Virus record (IMG/VR): IMGVR_UViG_3300027513_000010 | Length of the DNA stretch: 64,000 nt | Direction: 5' to 3' (one strand) | Origin: a virus | In this document: one piece after another, positions 58,135 to 64,000 of the stretch | How positions within the stretch are numbered: the stretch's first letter is position 1 | Layout of the letters: each line of letters starts with the position of its first letter | Notes under the pieces: generated by a model | Told to the model about the DNA's origin: nothing | What the model saw: only the letters and a program-made list of their open reading frames with translations | The model's database searches: none | Translations under genes and position numbers: made by a program

Positions 58135-60245
58135 CAAACGAACGAGTGCTCGACCTCTATGCCGAGTGGGAGGAAGCCCTTTCCTATCCCGAGCCAAATT
58201 TGGAAATCGTTGCTGGTTTGGAGGCCCAAGCTCTGAACGAGGGGATTGATCTTCGGGAGGTCAATTACGTGCTGGTGCATGGGCTGACCGCCGCCGTTTG
58301 GAATCCCGACCTTCATCCCCGAGGCCGGGACGGACGGTTCATCGAAGTGATGGGTCTCATTCAGCTTTTTGATTTTGGTGATGGGCCGGACGGCACCAGG
58401 GGCAAGGTCAAAGAGATTCGGCCCGGCAGAACCAAAGGCAATCCCGACATCGACGTTGAGCTTTCTGATGGGCGCACGGTCACGGTGAAGCCGAATCAAG
58501 TAGCGACTGCTCCCGAGGTCAAGGCCGATCTGGATTTTGGACGGCGAGACAGCGGTGACTTCATCCGGTCGGTGCCGGAGATTCCAAGCTCTCGGGAGAT
58601 GCAGGAGTTTGAGGGTCGGACTGATCCGACCGCCGAGCGGCTGCGTCGGATGGAGGCGTATCGAAATCGAGTTCATCAGACTCCCGAGCCTTCCTATCTG
58701 CTTGAGACCGAAGGGTTGGAAGAGGCATTTTCGACTGGCGTTCCCAAGTCGGTTGCTGAGGGATTTCAGCGGTATCGACTCGATGCCGAGAGCCGGGGCG
58801 AGCAGGTACTTGACCTCGATGATTGGGTACGGGCGGGACAGCCGGGGCCGGAAGCACCGGAAGTGGTGCCCGAGGGCAGGCCTTTTGAAAATCTATCCGA
58901 CTCTGATCTTCAGACTCGCTACGCCGAGTCGGTTGACCAACTGATCGGCGACCTTCCTGAAGGCGAGATGCTCGATGTGGAATTGGAAAACACGCTGCTC
59001 CGTGAAGAGCTAGATCGTCGTTCGATACCACGGCGGAAAGAGGATCGACCTTTCCGCAATCTCAGTGATGACGAGCTTCGTGACACTTACCAACGCACGG
59101 TCGATGCCGCCATTGGCGACGTTGATGAGCAATTGGTCGAATCGCTTGGTTTGGATGCCGAGTATCTCCAAGAGGAATTCACGGCTCGTGGATTGGATCG
59201 GCCTCGGACACCGGCTTCGCCTGCCGAGCCTCGGGCCTACAACGAGAGTCGTGAGGTTGGGAACCTCATGGTGGGTGACGAAATCATTTTGCCCGGTGAC
59301 ATTCCCGGTGTGATTGAGGATTTTGAATTTGCTGAGAATGATCCTGGCCGAGTCACGATTCGTACCGACAACGGCAGCTACCAAGGCAAGACCACCGACA
59401 TTCTCCCGAGCTTTCGAGAGGGCACCGATGAGGGGCTGACTCCCGCTATTGCCGGGGCCAATACCAATCAGATCGGCGAAGAGATTTCGGTCGAAGCTGG
59501 TGAGGTCGGGTCGAGAGAGAATCCACTCCAAACCTCGGACGTGATGGAGGCGGTTACTGCTTTGCACGAGGGGAAGTACGTCGAGCTACAGAGCGTCGAT
59601 CAAGTCTCGACCTTGCTTGATGAGCTTGCCCGAATCGCTAACGAGGCCAAGGCTGCGGGCGAAGATGCTCCCAACTACGACCTCTGCTTGGTCTCGGTTC
59701 CCGACACCAACCTCTTCTGCGCTGAGTCGAAGGGCATCCCGAGAATCCAGATGCCACAGCTTTCCGGTATCCCGGTCGAGGGGTCTCCCGCCGATGCGCT
59801 CCCCAAGAACAAGGATGGCGAAGTTGACATCGGGCCTGCCTTTGCTCAATACCTTCGGGACAAGGGCATCTCGGTCACTGAGAAGAGGCGACCGGCTTCG
59901 CATCTCAAGGCCTCTCAGAACGAGCTAGTCGGGGCCAAGGTCGCCGGGATGATGAAGTGGCTGGAAGGCGATACCGAGACTGCCCGCAACGTCATCCGTG
60001 AGTCATCGATTTTCACGACCTCAGATGATTACGTGGTGGACGGCCACCATCGGTGGGCAGCGGTGGTCGGTCTGGATGCAGCGGAAGGCGGGCTGGAAGA
60101 CCTCGATATGCCAGTGCAGGAAATCGACCTCCCCATCCTCGACGTTTTGAAAGAGGCCAATGACTTCGCTACTTCTTACGGCGTGCCGCCGAAGGGTGCC
60201 GGAGCAGGAGCGAGTGTGGGAGGCGCGCCCGGTGGTGCTGGATAA
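58131..60245 (+). CDS. Large acidic virion-associated protein with C-terminal ParB/Srx-like domain
   Basis: WNPDLHPRGRDGRFIE; LKASQNEL...YVVDGHHRWAA. Confidence 0.75.
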   Translation: MTNERVLDLYAEWEEALSYPEPNLEIVAGLEAQALNEGIDLREVNYVLVHGLTAAVWNPDLHPRGRDGRFIEVMGLIQLFDFGDGPDGTRGKVKEIRPGRTKGNPDIDVELSDGRTVTVKPNQVATAPEVKADLDFGRRDSGDFIRSVPEIPSSREMQEFEGRTDPTAERLRRMEAYRNRVHQTPEPSYLLETEGLEEAFSTGVPKSVAEGFQRYRLDAESRGEQVLDLDDWVRAGQPGPEAPEVVPEGRPFENLSDSDLQTRYAESVDQLIGDLPEGEMLDVELENTLLREELDRRSIPRRKEDRPFRNLSDDELRDTYQRTVDAAIGDVDEQLVESLGLDAEYLQEEFTARGLDRPRTPASPAEPRAYNESREVGNLMVGDEIILPGDIPGVIEDFEFAENDPGRVTIRTDNGSYQGKTTDILPSFREGTDEGLTPAIAGANTNQIGEEISVEAGEVGSRENPLQTSDVMEAVTALHEGKYVELQSVDQVSTLLDELARIANEAKAAGEDAPNYDLCLVSVPDTNLFCAESKGIPRIQMPQLSGIPVEGSPADALPKNKDGEVDIGPAFAQYLRDKGISVTEKRRPASHLKASQNELVGAKVAGMMKWLEGDTETARNVIRESSIFTTSDDYVVDGHHRWAAVVGLDAAEGGLEDLDMPVQEIDLPILDVLKEANDFATSYGVPPKGAGAGASVGGAPGGAG

Positions 60246-63200
60246 GCCCGAACTTCGGGGTCTGGAACTCAGTGAGGACAATGTCGAGTCGCTTCTCGAC
60301 ATGTTCAACGACGGAACGACTCGCTGGTATGCGACTCGTCGTGCTCGGGGGTTCGCCACCGCTGGTCTGCTCGCTGGCTCGTATTGGAATCCCGACCTTC
60401 ATCCTCGTGGGCCGGACGGGAAGTTCATCGAGACCGGCGGCTTCATTCGCTGGCTACTCGATGGCATCTGGCAGCGGGGTCGGGTAGAGAACATTCTCCC
60501 GAGCGGGAAACTCATCGTTGCGCCCGATGATGAGAAGCTCGGAGCGAATGTCGTCATCCCGACCAACCAGGCTTACGGACTCCCCACTCCGAAGGGCACC
60601 ATTCATTCCACGCCCGACCCACAGTCCGACATGGAAATGGACAACTGGATCAAGAGCGGAGCACAGGGAGGCTCCAATCCTGGCGGGTTTTATACCACAA
60701 CTGAAACGGAGAAACTGGCCGTCGATCCCACGAGTGACTACGTCACTCAAGTTGCCGAGTCGCTCGGCGATGACCTCAGCTTCATCGACTACCCGAACCA
60801 ATCACTTGCTTTCAAAAGTGCGATGGGCACCCCTCAGTATTTCGTGGCGACGTACACCGACAAGGCTGGGAACCAAGAGGTCATCTACGGCAACGGTGGC
60901 TCCGGTTATCAGCAAGGGGTCAACCCGGCGTGGGACGAAGCCAGGAATGCCGCTGATTTGAAAGTGTGGGTCACGACTGATCCCGCCGTCCAAGAGGCGG
61001 CTCGATTGGCCCTGGAACACGAGGACATCGCACCCGGCACGCAGTTTTACATCAAACGCACCAAGAGCCTCGATCACGGTGCCAATGAGATGCTGGCGAA
61101 CGAGCTTTACAAGGTGGCCGGGGTTCCGGTGCCAGACCTTTACTTCGGCCAGCATCAGACGGTGGCTTCCAAGATTTTGAAAAGCGCCACTCCCGAGGGC
61201 ACGGTCGTTCCACTGAGCAAGGCGCTCGATGATCCCGATGTGATTCGCCAGATTCGCGAAAACATGGTGGTCGATGCCTGGCTCGCCAATTGGGACGTAG
61301 CCGGTATGACCCACGACAACATCATGGTCGTGGACGGGGTGCCGTATCGGATCGACACCGGTGGCTCACTTCAGTACCGGGCGCAAGGCGCTCCGAAGGG
61401 GAGCCAGTTTGGGCGCGTAGTTGGTGAGGTCGATAGCTACCTCAATTCAAGTATCAACCCTTCCTCGTCCCAAGTCTTCGCCGGGATCACTCTGAACGAG
61501 CAGAAGATGGGAGCGCAGCGAGTCGCTGCGATTCGTCCCTCACAGATCAAGAACATGGTCTCCGGTGCTGGCCTCGACCCCGACGTAGCGGACATCTTGA
61601 TTGCTCGTCGGGACTACCTCTTGGAAAAGTACGGAGTGGCTGACCCGTTTGCCTCGTACACGCCGCCGAAGTTGATAACGGTGGGCAAGGGCAACGTGTC
61701 TTCTCAGATGTTTTGGAATCCGATTTCAAATCAGTGGGAACCCGGCACGATCAATTTCACTCCATCGAATTTGATAAACAAGATGGAAGCCGAACTAGCA
61801 ACGCTATGGCAGAATTCCGATCCTGAACTCGGCCCGGTTCTTGGTGACACCGTTGTTGCTTATCCCGGTGGCGGGCGCATTGGGCTGTTCCGTGTGACCG
61901 GCGTGGACATGACCGGGAATTTGCAAATGGTCTCGGCGGTCGATCCCGACAACCACACCGTCTACATGGACACAACCGTTCCCGGTTCCCACTACTCCCC
62001 TCGTGTGGTTGAGCCAACGGAGTCTTTCAATCAACTGCATACGCAGTACGAGGTCGCTCAGACGAACAATCAGCTTGTCGGGCACTCACTGTGGAATCTG
62101 TTCAATCTGACCATTTCCAACGAGGGGTCAGACAAGCCACCGCTGGCACTGCAACCCCAAGCGCTGGTGAGCAAGGACATTTTCGCGGATGCCAAGGCGG
62201 GTGACTTCCTCTTTCACCGCTACCCCGACCCTGAGAAGCCGGGCACACAGCATGACGTGGTCTATCGGATCGACGGTATCTCGGAAAGCTCGATTGCGAT
62301 GACCTCGATGCTCGATGGCAAAGAGCGCTTCATCTCTAGGCCAGAGTGGGAAAACGAAGACGTTGAAATCAAGGCTCAGTGGCACATTCCCGATCCCTTC
62401 ACCCAGGATCAGACCCTCGGGATGATGCTTCGGGATGACCTCATCACCGCCGATGACACCGCAACCAGCACCGAGTTTTCTGGCGGTGAGCCGGAAGACA
62501 CTGACTTGGCGGAAGAGCTTGACCAGCCCACGGCCTGGAATACGACTCCCTACACCCCGGCTGACTTGGCGGCTCTCGGGGTGTCACCGACTTACACCGA
62601 TCCCACAACCGGAGTCAATGCCCACGTTCAAATTGGCGAGTCGGTGGGTCTGGACTCGATCTACGAAGACTTCGTCGCGTCCTTGCAAGGCCTTCCTCCG
62701 ATAGAAGATGCCGGGACACATCACAACGAGACTTCGCTCAACGAGTGGGTGGGGCAGAGCGTCATCCTTTCAAATCCCGTCAATCCAGAGCACAGTTCGA
62801 CCGGTCTCTTTTACGTGAAGTCAGCCGCCTTCGATGTGAAAAAGAGCTACTACGGCGACAAGACCATCATCGGGAATCTCTATCTGATAAGCCCGACCGG
62901 GGAGAACAAGACCCTGGCGATCAGCACGCAGGCCAGTCAAACCAGCTTCAGATTGCAGACGGCTACAACTCTCGATGCTTCGATCCCGCAAACCATTCCC
63001 ACATTCAAAAAGAATGGCGACATCATCTACGAAGGTGTCCTTGTCGGACACCATGCCTCGGGCTACAACAATTATGCGGCGACCATCCTCCCCGAGTTCA
63101 CCATCAACGGGGCAAAAACCACGATCACTAGTTCCCGCCAGCGTGAGCTACGGAAGAACATCGGCAAGAACATCATTCCGCAGCTTCAGCCCACCGTGGT

Positions 63201-64000
63201 TGAGAAGTCGGAGGCGGTCAAGAAGTCGAAGGACACGATTCTCTCCAAGGCGAGTTTCAAAACCCGCAAGGACTTCACACCGGGATCATGGGTTGCCGCA
63301 CCCGATGGTTTCACCGGCAAGGTGTGGGAGGGCACAGATGATGCTCTCGCTCAATTCCCACAGGCAGTCAGGATTTACGGCGCTGACGGCAAGTCCCGAA
63401 TTATCAACGCCAATCTTCTCGTTTCGATAGACGAGCCGAGCACTCCGGTTCCGGTTCCGGTCGAAGATGTCGCCATTACCGATGCTCCCTTCTGGCCCTT
63501 GAAACTCAAAGACGGGAACGATCCCCGCATTGGTCAGTACGTCCGAGCCTTCGGGCCGGGTGACAAGATCACTGAGGGAACAATCAATTGGGTTGGCCCG
63601 CCCGATGGCAAGCAGGCCAAGGTCGCTCCCCTGCTTGCTATCACAACCGATGAGGGCAAGGTCATTCGGAAGACCTTGAGCAAGACCATCTTGCTCAAAG
63701 ATGTCGATGGTGCTCCGGTTCCCTCGGCGACTACCGAAGAGGGACTACCCGAAAGCGCCAAGGCTTCGGTCGAGATGGCGATTGATTTCACGGAGACACA
63801 AATCTCCGATGCTGCCATCAAGTATGTCTCCCCTGACGGCAAGACCCTGGCACAGCCGCAATGGGAGCGGGACAACTGGCTTTCCGGCTCGCCGTATCGC
63901 ACGCTGACCAAGGACGGGTTCGCTCCCAAGGTTGGAATGCGAGTGCGAACTACCGATGACCAGGCCGCAGTCATCGTCATGGAAGACGACGTTTTCAAAA
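60232..64000 (+). CDS. Very large protein (over 1250 aa, truncated) with HipA/PI3-4K-like kinase domain; absent from ORF track
   Basis: Manual translation open to the window end: WNPDLHPRGPDGKFIE; GAQGGSNPGGFY...FYIK...ANEMLANELY...DAWLANWDVAG...DNI...RIDTGGSL. Confidence 0.8.
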   Translation, partial: MVLDKPELRGLELSEDNVESLLDMFNDGTTRWYATRRARGFATAGLLAGSYWNPDLHPRGPDGKFIETGGFIRWLLDGIWQRGRVENILPSGKLIVAPDDEKLGANVVIPTNQAYGLPTPKGTIHSTPDPQSDMEMDNWIKSGAQGGSNPGGFYTTTETEKLAVDPTSDYVTQVAESLGDDLSFIDYPNQSLAFKSAMGTPQYFVATYTDKAGNQEVIYGNGGSGYQQGVNPAWDEARNAADLKVWVTTDPAVQEAARLALEHEDIAPGTQFYIKRTKSLDHGANEMLANELYKVAGVPVPDLYFGQHQTVASKILKSATPEGTVVPLSKALDDPDVIRQIRENMVVDAWLANWDVAGMTHDNIMVVDGVPYRIDTGGSLQYRAQGAPKGSQFGRVVGEVDSYLNSSINPSSSQVFAGITLNEQKMGAQRVAAIRPSQIKNMVSGAGLDPDVADILIARRDYLLEKYGVADPFASYTPPKLITVGKGNVSSQMFWNPISNQWEPGTINFTPSNLINKMEAELATLWQNSDPELGPVLGDTVVAYPGGGRIGLFRVTGVDMTGNLQMVSAVDPDNHTVYMDTTVPGSHYSPRVVEPTESFNQLHTQYEVAQTNNQLVGHSLWNLFNLTISNEGSDKPPLALQPQALVSKDIFADAKAGDFLFHRYPDPEKPGTQHDVVYRIDGISESSIAMTSMLDGKERFISRPEWENEDVEIKAQWHIPDPFTQDQTLGMMLRDDLITADDTATSTEFSGGEPEDTDLAEELDQPTAWNTTPYTPADLAALGVSPTYTDPTTGVNAHVQIGESVGLDSIYEDFVASLQGLPPIEDAGTHHNETSLNEWVGQSVILSNPVNPEHSSTGLFYVKSAAFDVKKSYYGDKTIIGNLYLISPTGENKTLAISTQASQTSFRLQTATTLDASIPQTIPTFKKNGDIIYEGVLVGHHASGYNNYAATILPEFTINGAKTTITSSRQRELRKNIGKNIIPQLQPTVVEKSEAVKKSKDTILSKASFKTRKDFTPGSWVAAPDGFTGKVWEGTDDALAQFPQAVRIYGADGKSRIINANLLVSIDEPSTPVPVPVEDVAITDAPFWPLKLKDGNDPRIGQYVRAFGPGDKITEGTINWVGPPDGKQAKVAPLLAITTDEGKVIRKTLSKTILLKDVDGAPVPSATTEEGLPESAKASVEMAIDFTETQISDAAIKYVSPDGKTLAQPQWERDNWLSGSPYRTLTKDGFAPKVGMRVRTTDDQAAVIVMEDDVFK

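Noticed and set aside
1-64000. Apparent abundance of CTCGG/CCGAG and GAGACC/GGTCTC
   Set aside because: Probably reflects TCG/CGA/GAG-ACC codon usage; not quantifiable by eye and far weaker than the TTTSAAA signal
1-64000. Integrase, repressor or DNA-modification gene cluster
   Set aside because: No tyrosine or serine recombinase, methyltransferase or base-modification motif was recognised in this window; they may lie outside it

Overview
A 64-kb segment of a tailed dsDNA phage of Actinomycetota (about 60-63% GC by eye, siphovirus-like). It encodes separate major capsid hexamer and pentamer proteins, an arrangement known from cluster-B-like actinophages. Layout: 1-5.6 kb replication genes on - (HARP-SNF2 helicase, RuvC-like resolvase, family A DNA polymerase); 6.3-13.3 kb head/neck/tail genes on -; 13.5-15.2 kb lysis genes on +; 15.3-22.4 kb accessory, cell-surface and structured-RNA island; 22.5-25 kb primase-polymerase/helicase; 25.2-26.4 kb repeat-rich putative origin or genome end; 26.5-37.3 kb small early-type genes; 37.3-64 kb MuF fusion, terminase, Fic, tail, capsid pentamer, portal and two large enzyme-bearing proteins. 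Most notable: (1) a TTT(T)S(A)AAA motif iterated about 65 times, mostly inside genes, against about 2 expected; (2) three large, probably virion-packaged enzymes (zeta-toxin-like kinase, ParB/Srx-like, HipA/PI3K-like kinase) that share a W-x-P-x-x-[HQ]-P-R-x-x-x-G-[RK]-[FW] tag; (3) at least four long-stem structured RNA candidates, one tRNA-like; (4) a sortase-anchored surface protein plus Ltp. All counts, folds and family calls were made by eye, with no database searches.
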